From Thermoplasmatales archaeon SW_10_69_26 (GTDB lineage Archaea > Thermoplasmatota > SW-10-69-26), in contig PXUB01000003.1 in NCBI GenBank assembly GCA_003009755.1, forward strand, positions 1 to 64,000: a stretch of 64,000 nucleotides of DNA, in the 5' to 3' direction. The notes beneath the pieces are model-generated. The model made no database searches. It was not told where the DNA came from and worked only from the letters and a program-made list of their open reading frames with translations. How positions within the stretch are numbered: the first letter of the stretch is position 1; every line of letters starts with the position of its first letter. Shown piece after piece: positions 39,275 through 48,921 of this stretch. The translations under genes and the position numbers were made by a program.

Positions 39275-39949
39275 GTGGCCCTCGACCGCGAACGCGTCCA
39301 CGGCCAGCGGGTCCGCCCGGCCCGACGCCCTCGCTGGCGGTCCTACGCCCCTGCGATCGTCACCACGCTCCTGGCAGCGTCGTTGATCCCTGCCGGGAGC
39401 GGTCTCGCCGACCTCGGCGCTCGGATCGCCCTGCCCGCCCACGCCTCGGTGACGATCGCCGCGGGACTCGTCGTGTTGCTCACCAGCCTCACGGCTGCCC
39501 TTTGCGACCAGCCGCCGGCCCGCTGGTACATCGCCGGCGTCTTCGCCGTCAGCCTCGGCGGCAACGTCGCCCCGACGACGTGGGTCTCGATCCCGCTCGT
39601 CGCGACCGGCGTGATCGGCCTGCTCGTCCGCGAGGTCGAACGCGGCTTCGACGGCATCACGCTCGGCCCGGCCGGGTTGACGATCCACCGCCCGCTCAAG
39701 GACCCGCTCACCGTCGACTACGAGGACGTCCGCGCCGTCCACACGACACCCTCCGTCGACGACGACGGCACGCTCATCCTCGAGACCGAGCACGGCACCG
39801 TCACCGCTGGCGACCTCCCCGCCGTGGGCGATCTCAAGGCCCGCATCGAGGCCCGCACCGGCGGCTTCGACGTCGACGATCCCCAACAGACCGCTCGCGA
39901 GGTCCGCGAACGCATCCAGGACATCGTGCGAGGCAAGACCCCGACGTGA
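39275..39949 (+). CDS. Membrane protein with a PH-like C-terminal domain
   Basis: About four hydrophobic segments followed by a soluble domain (GTLILET). GTGA overlap with the next gene. Confidence 0.6.
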   Translation: MALDRERVHGQRVRPARRPRWRSYAPAIVTTLLAASLIPAGSGLADLGARIALPAHASVTIAAGLVVLLTSLTAALCDQPPARWYIAGVFAVSLGGNVAPTTWVSIPLVATGVIGLLVREVERGFDGITLGPAGLTIHRPLKDPLTVDYEDVRAVHTTPSVDDDGTLILETEHGTVTAGDLPAVGDLKARIEARTGGFDVDDPQQTAREVRERIQDIVRGKTPT

Positions 39950-40407
39950 GCTCCGCCGACCCCGAGATCCGCAGCCTGACCCCCGGCGACCGCGAGGCCG
40001 TCCGCCAGCTGCACGAGGCCTCCTTCGCCGACGAGGTCGCCTTCGACGACATCGTGCTCGACCGCGTGTTCCGCCACTGGAACACGCTCAACCTCGTCGC
40101 CGAGACCGAGGACGGCATCGTCGGCTTCGCCGCCGCCTTGCACGGCAGCCGACCGAAGGCCCGCCTGCTCACGATCCAGACCCACCCCGAGGCCCGCGGG
40201 CGAGGCGTCGCCAGCGCCCTCCTCGCGGAGGTCCAACGCCGGCTGCGAGCCCGCAAGGCCGACGTGCTCGAGCTCGAGGTGCACGTCGACAACGAGCCCG
40301 CGATCGAGCTCTACGAGAAGCGGGGCTTCGCGATCGAGCGCGAGGACCCGGCCGCCTACCCGAGCCTCGACACCTCGGCCGGCTACGTCATGCACAAACA
40401 GCTCTAG
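39946..40407 (+). CDS. GNAT acetyltransferase (RimI-like)
   Basis: HPEARGRGVA and LEVHVDNEPAIELYEKRGF. Confidence 0.9.
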   Translation: MSSADPEIRSLTPGDREAVRQLHEASFADEVAFDDIVLDRVFRHWNTLNLVAETEDGIVGFAAALHGSRPKARLLTIQTHPEARGRGVASALLAEVQRRLRARKADVLELEVHVDNEPAIELYEKRGFAIEREDPAAYPSLDTSAGYVMHKQL

Positions 40408-40449
40408 CGAACCCAACGCCTTTTTGAGGGCGATACGGCTGGCCGGTCG

Positions 40450-41412
40450 ATGCGGTTGGTCTCGTTCCAGCGGTCGGACGCCGCGAGCGTCGAGGCAGGC
40501 GTGCTCGACGACGGCAGCGTGATCCCGGTCCGCCAGCTCGTCGACATCGCCCACGCCGTCGTCGACCGCGACCCGCCCGAACGCCTGCGCTCGGCCGATC
40601 CCGTCACGATGGAGGTCCTGCTCGACGGTTTCGGCGAACACCAACCGCTGCTGGAGGCCGCGCTCGCCGAGATCGACGACTCCCAGGGCCTGTCCCGCGA
40701 GGACGTGTACCTGCATCCGCCGGTCCCGACGCCGCCCTCGCTTCGCGACTTCTACGCCTTCGAGGGCCACGTCAGCCGCTCGTGGAAGCGCCGCGGCGAG
40801 CCCGTGCCCGACGCCTGGTACGAGATCCCCGTCTTCTACTTCTCGAACCCGGCCGCCACGTACGGGCCCGGCCAACCCGTTCCTCGCCCCAACTCGACCC
40901 GAGCCCTCGACTTCGAGCTCGAGGCCGCCTGGATCGTCGGCAAGCGCGCCCGCGACCTCGACGAGACCGAGGCCGAGAACGCCATCGTCGGCCTCACCAT
41001 CATGGACGACTTCAGCGCCCGCGACGTCCAAAAACAAGAGATGAGCGTCGGCCTGGGCCCCTCGAAGGGCAAGGACTTCGCGACCGCGCTGGGCCCTGCG
41101 ATCGTGACGCTCGACGAGCTGCCCCGAACCGACGAGGGCCACTTCGACCTCACCATGGAGGCCTACGTCGACGGGGAACGGATCTCCCAAGGCAACCTCG
41201 ACCAGCTCCAGTACACGATCGCCGAGATGACGGCCCACGCCAGCCGCGACACCTGGTTGCAACCCGGCGACGTCATGGGCACCGGCACCGTCGGCACCGG
41301 CTCGACCCTCGATCAGGGCACCGAGGAGTGGCTGGAACCCGGCCAGACCGTGCGCCTGGAGATCGAGGGCCTCGGCACGCTGGAGAACGAGATCGTCGAC
41401 CCCGGCGCCTGA
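40450..41412 (+). CDS. Fumarylacetoacetate hydrolase family protein
   Basis: RDFYAFEGH, PVFYFSN, LDFELE, DFSARD, KGKDFA and GDVMGTGT. Confidence 0.93.
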   Translation: MRLVSFQRSDAASVEAGVLDDGSVIPVRQLVDIAHAVVDRDPPERLRSADPVTMEVLLDGFGEHQPLLEAALAEIDDSQGLSREDVYLHPPVPTPPSLRDFYAFEGHVSRSWKRRGEPVPDAWYEIPVFYFSNPAATYGPGQPVPRPNSTRALDFELEAAWIVGKRARDLDETEAENAIVGLTIMDDFSARDVQKQEMSVGLGPSKGKDFATALGPAIVTLDELPRTDEGHFDLTMEAYVDGERISQGNLDQLQYTIAEMTAHASRDTWLQPGDVMGTGTVGTGSTLDQGTEEWLEPGQTVRLEIEGLGTLENEIVDPGA

Positions 41413-41455
41413 GACGTCACGGCCGGGCACGATCGCGCCGACCTCTCGCCGGCCG

Positions 41456-41593
41456 TCAGAAGAGCAGGACCCAGGCGATGTAGCCGTAGCCGAAGAACAC
41501 GAACGCCATCGACACGATCCACAGCCACCGGAAAGCGTTGGCGCGGCGCTCGGGATCCTCGAGCACGGCGAGGAGCCGATCCTCGATCGACAT
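41456..41593 (-). CDS. 45-aa single-pass membrane protein (absent from the ORF track)
   Basis: MSIEDRLLAVLEDPERRANAFRWLWIVSMAFVFFGYGYIAWVLLF*. Codon usage is typical of the genome, and it is divergent from trmI. Confidence 0.7.
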   Translation of the reverse strand: MSIEDRLLAVLEDPERRANAFRWLWIVSMAFVFFGYGYIAWVLLF

Positions 41594-41677
41594 CCACCGA
41601 AGTTCACCTGTCCTTTGCCGTTCAACGTTTCCCCTTCACCCCCCGGCTTCAAGGACCCCCACCTCTTCGTCGGGCCG

Positions 41678-42451
41678 ATGCCATCCCAGTCGGCGCCCGG
41701 CGACCCGATCGTGCTCAAACGCGACGACAGCACGCACCTGTTCCTCGTGCCCGAGCCCGGCGACACCGTCGACGTCGACGGGATCGGCGTCGTGAGCGGC
41801 GACCTGCTCGCCGACCTGGCCGTCGGCGACCGGATGGAGCTGGGCCGCACCGCCTTCCGGGTGCTGTCCCCCACCCCCCAGCTCGTCTTCGAAGCCCTCG
41901 AACGCGGCGCCCAAGTGATCCGCCCCGCCGACGCCGCCCGCATCGCCCACCTCGCCGCGATCGGTCCGGGCACCCGCGTCGTCGAAGGCGGCGCCGGCAG
42001 CGGCGCGTTGACCGCCTACCTGGCTCACCTCGTCGGCGACGACGGCCAGGTCGTCACCGTCGACCGGCGCCAGGACCACCTCGACGTGGCTCGCCGCAAC
42101 GTCGAGCGCGCCGGCCTGGCCGACCGCGTCAGCTTTCGGGAAGCCGAGCTGGCCGGCGTGGAGGAGGCCTGCGATGCGTTCGTGGTGGACGTGCCCTCGC
42201 CGGCCGACGTCGCTCCCGCCGTCGAGGACGGCCTGCGCCCCGGCGGCCGGGTCGTGTTCTACAACCCGCTCGTCGACCAGGTGCAGGCCGTCCGCGAGGC
42301 GCTCGACGAGGCGCCCTTCGCCGAGGTGCGCACCCTCGAGGCCCTGCAGCGGGACTGGGTCGTGCACGAGCGCGGCGCTCGCCCGGACTTCGACATGCTC
42401 GGCCACACCGGGTTCCTGACCGCGGCCACGCGCGTCACCGAGCGCTCGTGA
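41678..42451 (+). CDS. trmI: tRNA (adenine-N1)-methyltransferase TrmI-like
   Basis: RGAQVIRPAD, VVEGGAGSGALT and RPDFDMLGHTGFL. Confidence 0.88.
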   Translation: MPSQSAPGDPIVLKRDDSTHLFLVPEPGDTVDVDGIGVVSGDLLADLAVGDRMELGRTAFRVLSPTPQLVFEALERGAQVIRPADAARIAHLAAIGPGTRVVEGGAGSGALTAYLAHLVGDDGQVVTVDRRQDHLDVARRNVERAGLADRVSFREAELAGVEEACDAFVVDVPSPADVAPAVEDGLRPGGRVVFYNPLVDQVQAVREALDEAPFAEVRTLEALQRDWVVHERGARPDFDMLGHTGFLTAATRVTERS

Positions 42452-43751
42452 CCTGAACCTGGAACACCAACAGCCGACCGCCCAGGTTGTTCTCGCCGTA
42501 GGCTTGGCGCCCGTAGGCGTCCTCGGGCGCGATGAACCCGACCACGGTCTCGCCCAACCGGGCACGCTGGATCAAATCGCCCGGCTGGGTCTTGTTCAGC
42601 GTCTCGGGCGAGGGCGACAGCGGGATGGCCTGAGGCTGGGCCGGCGGGTCCTTGAACCAGGTCAGGGACGCCTCGTCGACGTAGATGGTTTCGGTCGTGT
42701 CGAAGGCCCGGCCGTCCTCGAGCACCCCGATGTAGCGGAGGTGCACCTTGTCCTGATCGACGGCGGGCTGACCGAGTTCGCCCACGCGCGTCGTCAACTC
42801 GAGCGAGGTCGAGGACTCCTCGCCCCGGAACGTGACGTCGAACGTCTTCTCGGTCCCGGTCTCGGCGTCCTCGGGCACCGTCACGTTCAGCCCGTAGACC
42901 ACGGTTTGGCCGGAGGAGACGACGACCTGCTCGGCGTTCGTGATCGTCGCCCCCCACCCCTCGACGTCGTCCAGCGAGGTCTCCATCGTCCCGTCGAGGA
43001 TCGAGGGCCCCGTGTTGCGGACCGCGATCAGGTGCTCGGCGGTGTCGCCCGGCTCGGCCACCTCGGTGCAATCGTACCCGTAGGCGGACAGCTCGGGCGG
43101 GGGCGCAGCCGGCTCGGGCGGATCGATCCACGTCACGTTCTCCAGGTGAGCCCCGTACAGCGGTCGGTTGCGGTCGTCGGTCGGGGTGTAGGACAGCTCG
43201 CGCGCCGTGTCCAGGCCCTCGACGACCTTGCCGAACACCGGGTTGCGGTCGTCGAGGCTCGGCGAGGGCGACAACGTGATCACGAACTGGCTGCCGGCCC
43301 CGTTCGGCTGCGGGCTCAACAGCGAGACGATGCCGGGCTCGTCGTGGCGCAGGAACTGGTGGTGCTCGTCGACGGTGTTGAAGTGGTAGCCGCCCGAGCC
43401 CCACGCGTCCCGATCGTCGTTGCTCGAGCGCGGGTCGCCGCCGAACACGGCCTCGTCGGGGAACACCTGGTGGAAGCGGGTGTCCTCCCAAGTGTCCTCC
43501 TGCTGGGCCAGCCGGTTGACGTGGCCCGCCGTGAAGGGGACCTGTTGCCCGTACACGACGATCGTCATCGTGCCGTTCGTCGTCTCGAACCGCAACCGAG
43601 GGTTGTGCTCGGTCGTCGGCTCGAACGAGGTGTCCAGCTGGCCGCAGGGCTCGATCGGGTTCTCGGTCGACGGCCCAGCGCCGGTGCCCGCGCATCCGGC
43701 GAAGACGGGTACCAGAACGACGAGCGCGAGCGCGAAACCCCGGCCACGCAT
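42435..43751 (-). CDS. Lipoprotein PPIase: cyclophilin domain + Ig-like domain + FKBP-like domain
   Basis: Lipobox FAGC. Cyclophilin motifs RFHQV..GGDP, GSQFVIT and PVFGKVVEG. FKBP motifs VHLRYIG.LEDG..FDTT, PEDAYG and LGGRLLVF. Confidence 0.85.
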   Translation of the reverse strand: MRGRGFALALVVLVPVFAGCAGTGAGPSTENPIEPCGQLDTSFEPTTEHNPRLRFETTNGTMTIVVYGQQVPFTAGHVNRLAQQEDTWEDTRFHQVFPDEAVFGGDPRSSNDDRDAWGSGGYHFNTVDEHHQFLRHDEPGIVSLLSPQPNGAGSQFVITLSPSPSLDDRNPVFGKVVEGLDTARELSYTPTDDRNRPLYGAHLENVTWIDPPEPAAPPPELSAYGYDCTEVAEPGDTAEHLIAVRNTGPSILDGTMETSLDDVEGWGATITNAEQVVVSSGQTVVYGLNVTVPEDAETGTEKTFDVTFRGEESSTSLELTTRVGELGQPAVDQDKVHLRYIGVLEDGRAFDTTETIYVDEASLTWFKDPPAQPQAIPLSPSPETLNKTQPGDLIQRARLGETVVGFIAPEDAYGRQAYGENNLGGRLLVFQVQVTSAR

Positions 43752-43970
43752 GCTCTGGCCAACCCGGGCCCCGGCAAAAACGTTCCCGATGTTGGCCCTG
43801 GTCGTGACAGCTGGCCCGTCCCCGCCGCTTGCCTCGGGGGAACACCGAGGTTGCGGATATCGAAAGGGCTTTCCCGAGCTCGCCGGCTCGGCCGATCGCA
43901 GGGTCGCCGTGGACAGAGCGCCATCGTCCCCCGATCCGCCGACCCGCGGGTCCGTCACCCTGGGGGCTGG

Positions 43971-45257
43971 ATGGAGGCGGCGACCGTGACGACCGCCTCT
44001 TTCCTGCTGGGCTTGGCGGCGGCGATCGGCGTGGGCGCGCTCGTCGGCATCGAGCGCGAACACCGGCGCGACCGCACGACCGTCGTCGCCGGCATCCGCA
44101 CGTTCCCGCTGATCGCGATCGCCGGCTACCTGACCGCGCTGCTGGCCGTCGAGTTCGACAGCGAGCTCGTCATGGCCGCCGGTGTCGTGGCCGCCGCCGC
44201 GTTCACGATCGGGTTCTTCTACGTCCGCTACCTCTCGGGCAGCCTCGGCCTCACGACACCGATGGCGGTCTCGGTCACCTTCCTCGCCGGAGCCCTCATC
44301 GGCGTCGACCTCCTGCTCGAGGGCATCGTGGTCGCCGTCGCCGCCACCTTCCTTTTGTTGACGAAGGACCGGCTGCACCAGCTGGCCGAGACCCTGACCC
44401 AGGACGAGGTGATGGGCGCCTTGCAGTTCGTCGCCTTGGCGTTCGTCGCCTTCCCGATCGCGACCGAGTTCGAGGGCCCCTACCTGCGAGGCCTCGTCGG
44501 CGACGGGCGACCGATCGATCTCCAGTGGACCCTGCTCATCGTCGTCGCCGCCAGCGGCCTGGCCTTCCTCTCGTTCCTCGCCATGCGCCAACTGGGCGGT
44601 CGACGCGGGATGGCGGCCAGCGGCGCGCTGGGCGGCCTCGTCAACTCCGAGGCGGCCACCGCCAGCGTCGCCACGATCGCCCAGAACACCACCGGCCTGC
44701 AGCGGGCCGCCGCCACCGCCGTCGTCGCCGCCGCCGGCACCTCGCTGATCCGCAACCTCGTGCTCGCCGGGTTCGCCGACCCGTCGCTGGCGATGGTGGA
44801 ACCGTTCGCGATCGTGCTCGCCGCGCCGGTCGTCGTGACGATCGTGGGCGTCGCCTGGCTGGCCAGCGGCGCCGAGGAAAGCCAACCCCCCGACGACATC
44901 GGGCTGCGCAGCCCGTTCGCGATCAAGCCGGCGCTCACGTTCGCGCTCGTGTTCACCGCCGTCAACGCCGCCGCCTTCTTCCTCCAGCAAGGCGCCGGCG
45001 ACCTCGGCGTGTACGCCACCAGCATCGGCGCCGTCGTCTCCTCCGGCGCGGTCGTCGCCTCCGCCGCCAACCTCGTCTACACCGGCACCGTGAGCCCCAC
45101 CGTCGGCCTGATCACGGCCACCTTGGCCACCATCATCGGGTTCCTCGCCAAGATCGGCGTCGTCGCCTTCGCCAACCGCGGCCTCGTCCGGGACGTCACG
45201 CCCTCGCTCGTGCTCGGCGCGCTCGCCACCGTCGGCGGCCTGCTGTTCGTCATCTGA
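43971..45257 (+). CDS. MgtC/SapB + DUF4010 family membrane protein
   Basis: GALVGIERE, AGIRTFPL, LGLTT, LGGLVNS and many TM segments. Confidence 0.88.
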   Translation: MEAATVTTASFLLGLAAAIGVGALVGIEREHRRDRTTVVAGIRTFPLIAIAGYLTALLAVEFDSELVMAAGVVAAAAFTIGFFYVRYLSGSLGLTTPMAVSVTFLAGALIGVDLLLEGIVVAVAATFLLLTKDRLHQLAETLTQDEVMGALQFVALAFVAFPIATEFEGPYLRGLVGDGRPIDLQWTLLIVVAASGLAFLSFLAMRQLGGRRGMAASGALGGLVNSEAATASVATIAQNTTGLQRAAATAVVAAAGTSLIRNLVLAGFADPSLAMVEPFAIVLAAPVVVTIVGVAWLASGAEESQPPDDIGLRSPFAIKPALTFALVFTAVNAAAFFLQQGAGDLGVYATSIGAVVSSGAVVASAANLVYTGTVSPTVGLITATLATIIGFLAKIGVVAFANRGLVRDVTPSLVLGALATVGGLLFVI

Positions 45258-45302
45258 TCCGCGAGCACCAGGCTTTTCCTCGCCGCCACGGTGCCTTCTG
45301 CG

Positions 45303-46148
45303 ATGCCCGTCGCGATCGTCACCGGCGGCCCCGGCACGATCGGGGCCCGCATCTGCGAGCACCTCGCCCGCGAGGGATACGACGTCGCCATCGGTTACCG
45401 CCAAGACCACGAGGGCGCCCGCGCCGTCGCCGACGACGTCGAGGACCGAAGCCAACAGGCGACCACGCTGGCCGGCGACGTCACCGACGCGATGGTCCGC
45501 CGCCGCATCGTGCAACGCACCGTGGACGAGCTGGGCGGTCTCGACCTGCTCGTCAACAACGCCGGGATGCGCGAGACCGAGCCCTTCCTCGAGGTCCCCG
45601 CCGGCGAGCTCGAACGCACGCTGCGCCTCGACGTGGCGGCCGGCTTCCACCTCGCCCAGCAAGCCGCCGAGCCCATGCTCGATGGGGACGGCGGCGCGAT
45701 CGTGAACGTCGCCGCGGCCGCGGGCCTCCGCGCCGACCCAGCCCGGGCCGTCTTCTCGATCGCCAAGGCCGGCGTGCTCGCGTTGACGCGCTCGGCCGCC
45801 GTCGAGCTGGCGCCCGAGGTGACCGTCAACGCCGTCGCGCCCGGGTTCGTCGCCAGCGCCGACGACACCGACCGGGCCCCGGGCGAGCAGACGACCGTCG
45901 AGGAGCAGACCCCGGCCGGGCGATGGACGAGCGCCGCCGAGGTCGCCGACGCCGTCACCTACCTCGCCCAAGCCCCGGCCACGCTCACCGGCGAGGTGCT
46001 CACACTCGATGGCGGCCTGGCCAGCCAGCTGTACCCGGCCGGGGACGAGACCGACCGGGCCGGGGACGAGGAGCTGGGCCCCGGCATCGAGCAACGCATC
46101 GAGGGCCCGCCCGAGGAAGCCGTCGAACGCCACGAACGCGATCGTTGA
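45303..46148 (+). CDS. Short-chain dehydrogenase/reductase
   Basis: IVTGGPGTIG, LVNNAG and VNAVAPG. The catalytic YxxxK appears as FSIAK. Confidence 0.85.
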   Translation: MPVAIVTGGPGTIGARICEHLAREGYDVAIGYRQDHEGARAVADDVEDRSQQATTLAGDVTDAMVRRRIVQRTVDELGGLDLLVNNAGMRETEPFLEVPAGELERTLRLDVAAGFHLAQQAAEPMLDGDGGAIVNVAAAAGLRADPARAVFSIAKAGVLALTRSAAVELAPEVTVNAVAPGFVASADDTDRAPGEQTTVEEQTPAGRWTSAAEVADAVTYLAQAPATLTGEVLTLDGGLASQLYPAGDETDRAGDEELGPGIEQRIEGPPEEAVERHERDR

Positions 46149-46384
46149 GCCGACCGCGGACGAGGGCCAGCGTGGACGAGGGCCATCGGCCCCACGCTGG
46201 TCGGGCCCCGGCCCGCCCACCTCGCCGACGATCGGGTCACCGGCGAGACCAGCAGCGAGCGGGACGTGCTCGTCGTCTTCGCCGCCGAGGAGGCCGACCG
46301 CCAGGACACGCCCGCCCCCGCGGCCGCCCTCGCCGCGATGGCCATCGTGGGCGCCGCGCTCCTAAACTGCCGGACGTGTTTTGC

Positions 46385-46647
46385 TTAAGCTCTCGCGCCG
46401 GTCTGAGCGAGGTAAGGTCGCGGAGCCCGAGGAAGGAAACCCCTGTGGGTTTTCGACGGATGCTGGGGGCGACAACGGCCGAGCACCGGTCTGCCACGCA
46501 GACCGGTCTCGGCTGCGTACGGATCTTCGATCCGGGCGAATCCAGCGATCGGCCACCGGCCGATCGGTGGAGAATACGAATCTCCGATTCGTGTGAACCT
46601 TCGTCTCGGCTCCGCGCTTTCACCGCCTGAGGGCGGCGAGAGCTTAA
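46385..46647. other. 263-bp element with terminal inverted repeats and nested hairpins (MITE-like or structured RNA)
   Basis: Ends TTAAGCTCTCGC/GCGAGAGCTTAA, an inner long stem 46419-46436/46598-46616, and five internal hairpins. Confidence 0.75.
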
Positions 46648-46735
46648 CCCAAGCATGGCCGGCAGTCTAGCTCGACGCCGCTGAGACGAGCGTCCGGTCG
46701 GACGTTGAAGACCCAGCCCGTGCCTAGCCGGCTCG

Positions 46736-48673
46736 ATGCCGGGGACCGTCGCCGAACAGCTCGTCGAGGATCACCTGGTCGAGGGAACGATGGAGCCGGG
46801 CGAGGAGATCGCGCTCGCGATCGACCAGACCCTCACCCAAGACGCCACCGGCACGATGGTGATGCTCGAGCTCGAGGCGATGGGCATCGAGGAGATCGAC
46901 ACCAACCTCTCCGCCCAGTACGTCGATCACAACCTCATCCAGGAGGACAACAAGAACCCCGACGACCACCTGTTCCTGCGAAGCGCCGCCGAGAAGTGGG
47001 GGCTTTGGTACTCGCCGGCCGGCAACGGCGTCTCCCACCCCGTCCACCAGCAGCACCTCGGCGTGCCCGGGCAGACGCTGCTCGGCTCGGACAGCCACAC
47101 CCCCGCGGCGGGCTCGATCGGCATGCTGGCCATGGGCTCGGGCGGCCTCGACGTCGCGATGGCGATGGCTGGGGAACCCTACTACGTCAACATGCCCGAG
47201 ATCTGGGGGGTCGAGCTCCGCGGCGAGCTCCCCGACTGGTGCAGCGCCAAGGACGTCATCCTCGAGATGCTGCGCCGCCACGACGTCGACGGCGCCCTCA
47301 ACCGCATCATCGAGTACCACGGCCCCGGGCTCGCGGACCTCTCGGCCATGGACCGTCACGTCATCGCCAACATGGGCACCGAGCTGGGCGCCACCAGCAC
47401 CGTGTTCCCCGCCGATCGGGAGGTCCAGCGGTTCCTGCGCCGCCAGGACCGCGCCGGGGACTTCCAGCCGGTCACCACCGACGACGACGTCACCTACCAC
47501 GCCACGGAGACGATCCACCTCGACGAGATCGAACCGATGATCGCGTTGCCCTCCAGCCCCGGCAACGTCGAACCCGTCGCCGACGTGCAAGGCGAGGAGA
47601 TCTACCAGGCCTACATCGGGTCCAGCGCCAACCCCGGCCTGCGGGACTTCGGCGTGCCCGCGGAGATCGTCGACGGCCACCAGATCCCCGCCGACGTCAG
47701 CTTCGACGTCAACCCCACCTCCCGCCAGATGCTCGAGAACCTCATCGACGGCGGCCACCTCGGCCAGCTGCTGCGATCGGGCGCCCGCATCCACCAGGCC
47801 GGCTGCAACGGCTGCATCGGCATGGGCCAAGCCCCCGCCTACGGCCGCAACAGCGTCCGCACCGTGCCCCGCAACTTCCCCGGCCGCTCGGGCACCCGCG
47901 AGGACAGCGTCTTCCTCGTCAGCCCCGAGACCGCCGCCGCCAGCGCCCTGACCGGCGAGATCACCGATCCCCGCACGCTCGCGGACACCCACGGGATCGC
48001 GTACCCCGAGTGGAACGAGCCCGACGACATCATCGTCGACCGCGCCAACCTCCGCCCACCCAGCCCCGACGGCGCCGGCGAGCTGCACAAGGGACCCAAC
48101 GTGCGCTCGCTGCCGGAGTTCGAACCGATCGAGCCACCGCTCGCGGGCGAGGTCATGATCCACGTCGGCCACGACATCTCGACCGACGAGATCATGCCCG
48201 CCGGCTCCAACGTGCTGCCGTTCCGCTCGAACGTGCCCAAGATCAGCGAGTGGGTGTTCGACCAGCTCGACCCGGCCTTCTACGATCGCGCGATCGACGC
48301 CGAGGGCCCCTGGGTCGTCGTCGCCGGCCGCAACTACGGGCAAGGCAGCTCCCGCGAGCACGCCGCCCTGGCGCCCTACCACTTGGGCATGCGGGCCGCG
48401 ATCGCGATGAGCTATGCCCGCATCCACTGGCAGAACCTCGTCAACTTCGGCATCGTGCCGCTCGAGTTCCTCGACGAAGCCGACTACGAGGCGATCGACC
48501 AGCGCGACGAGCTGGCCTTCCCCGCCATCCGCGAGGAGATGGCCAGCGGCCACCGCGTCACGGTCGAGAACCGCACCCAGGGCACGACGTTCGAGGCCGA
48601 GCACGAGCTCAGCGACCGCCAAGTGGACGTCGTCCTGGAAGGCGGCCTCATCCGGGACTACAAGCAGCGCTGA
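46736..48673 (+). CDS. Aconitate hydratase
   Basis: QDATG, DHN, GSDSHT, IGSSAN, CNGCIG, RNF and NYGQGSSREHA. Confidence 0.95.
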   Translation: MPGTVAEQLVEDHLVEGTMEPGEEIALAIDQTLTQDATGTMVMLELEAMGIEEIDTNLSAQYVDHNLIQEDNKNPDDHLFLRSAAEKWGLWYSPAGNGVSHPVHQQHLGVPGQTLLGSDSHTPAAGSIGMLAMGSGGLDVAMAMAGEPYYVNMPEIWGVELRGELPDWCSAKDVILEMLRRHDVDGALNRIIEYHGPGLADLSAMDRHVIANMGTELGATSTVFPADREVQRFLRRQDRAGDFQPVTTDDDVTYHATETIHLDEIEPMIALPSSPGNVEPVADVQGEEIYQAYIGSSANPGLRDFGVPAEIVDGHQIPADVSFDVNPTSRQMLENLIDGGHLGQLLRSGARIHQAGCNGCIGMGQAPAYGRNSVRTVPRNFPGRSGTREDSVFLVSPETAAASALTGEITDPRTLADTHGIAYPEWNEPDDIIVDRANLRPPSPDGAGELHKGPNVRSLPEFEPIEPPLAGEVMIHVGHDISTDEIMPAGSNVLPFRSNVPKISEWVFDQLDPAFYDRAIDAEGPWVVVAGRNYGQGSSREHAALAPYHLGMRAAIAMSYARIHWQNLVNFGIVPLEFLDEADYEAIDQRDELAFPAIREEMASGHRVTVENRTQGTTFEAEHELSDRQVDVVLEGGLIRDYKQR

Positions 48674-48921
48674 CCGCTCGCCGACCCTGCCCAAGAGCCG
48701 AAGTGAGAGGAGGGGAACACGAAGCCGGGTGCAGGGAGAGGACATCGGCCCGCCGGGCGCCGCCCGAGCGGCCAGTCTCTCCGTCGCGCTGCCTCGGAAC
48801 CCGCTGGCCGGGGGTCCCTCCTCGCGCTCCTCGATCTCGTCTCGGTCAGCCGCAGCGAGCGGCCAGCGGATCCCCCCTCTCCGTGGCCGGGAACTGAAAC
48901 GACGGAGGCCCGTTCGCTGAG

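Noticed and set aside
46385-46700. RNase P RNA or SRP RNA
   Set aside because: I could not find the P4 consensus (GAGGAAAGUCC with its 3' partner) or the SRP helix-8 motif on either strand.
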